Origin: Huintestinicola sp.
GTDB lineage: Bacteria; Bacillota; Clostridia; Oscillospirales; Ruminococcaceae
Length of the DNA: 64,000 bases
Direction: 5' to 3'
NCBI RefSeq assembly: GCF_050874005.1
Contig: NZ_JBNMJV010000011.1
Location: forward strand, 2,052-66,051
Position numbers and translations under genes: made by a program. The notes below the pieces were generated by a model. It was not told the DNA's origin. It did not search any database and saw only the letters and a program-made list of their open reading frames with translations. Below are positions 63,704 through 64,000 of the stretch, in pieces. The first letter of the stretch is position 1. The number at the start of each line of letters is the position of its first letter.

Positions 63704-64000
63704 AGAAAAATTTTGAGCCGATTTTGTGCAAGATGACTATAAATTGTTGATTGCATTCATAAAAAGTGCGATTTCGGGGGCGGATTTCAGTAGATTGGAA
63801 TAAATGTGCTGTAATTTTTGGTCAATTAGACAAAATTGCTTTTTTTACTTTGAAAAGGGGACTTTTTTACAAAAAGTATAACCTTCATTGTAGACATTTG
63901 AAATTGTATATCTATATTTATTGGCGGTAAAGTTATATTTCATCAAGATTGTATTGTGATAATGAACACATATTTGTGCGTCTTATTGTGCATATAGCCA

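Overview
Chromosomal, mostly core-genome window from a spore-forming gut-type Bacillota (Clostridia). An Oscillospiraceae/Ruminococcus-like host is inferred from gene content (spoIIP, NPXTG-type surface proteins, GH9/CE2/SGNH enzymes) and sigma-A promoter style. Housekeeping loci are gltBD, rplJL with an L10 leader, typA, tRNA-Tyr/Thr, hflX-ymfFH-lgt, folD, pheS-orf-pheT with a T-box-like leader, and nadB. Envelope genes include an alpha-2-macroglobulin-like lipoprotein with a Memo-like lipoprotein, an M15B D,D-carboxypeptidase, an M23/LysM/G5 peptidase, a 3D-domain protein and two small sortase-type substrates. I found no transposase, integrase, prophage or CRISPR array. The most unusual observations are: (1) an McrBC-like pair in which McrB has no DNA-recognition domain and McrC has a degenerate nuclease site, preceded by two promoter-driven candidate small RNAs; (2) a co-oriented two-hairpin repeat family sitting at gene stop codons, amplified as a 66-bp tandem array after folD and supplying the C-termini of FolD and YfbR; (3) matching WalR-like direct repeats just downstream of the -10 boxes of two cell-wall hydrolase genes 26 kb apart; (4) a consensus antisense promoter at the end of gltD; (5) a Phe T-box-like leader with no canonical antiterminator bulge; (6) likely pseudoenzymes (GH9, PMM-like) and a thioester-less A2M. 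All calls come from reading motifs by eye. No database search or RNA folding was run.
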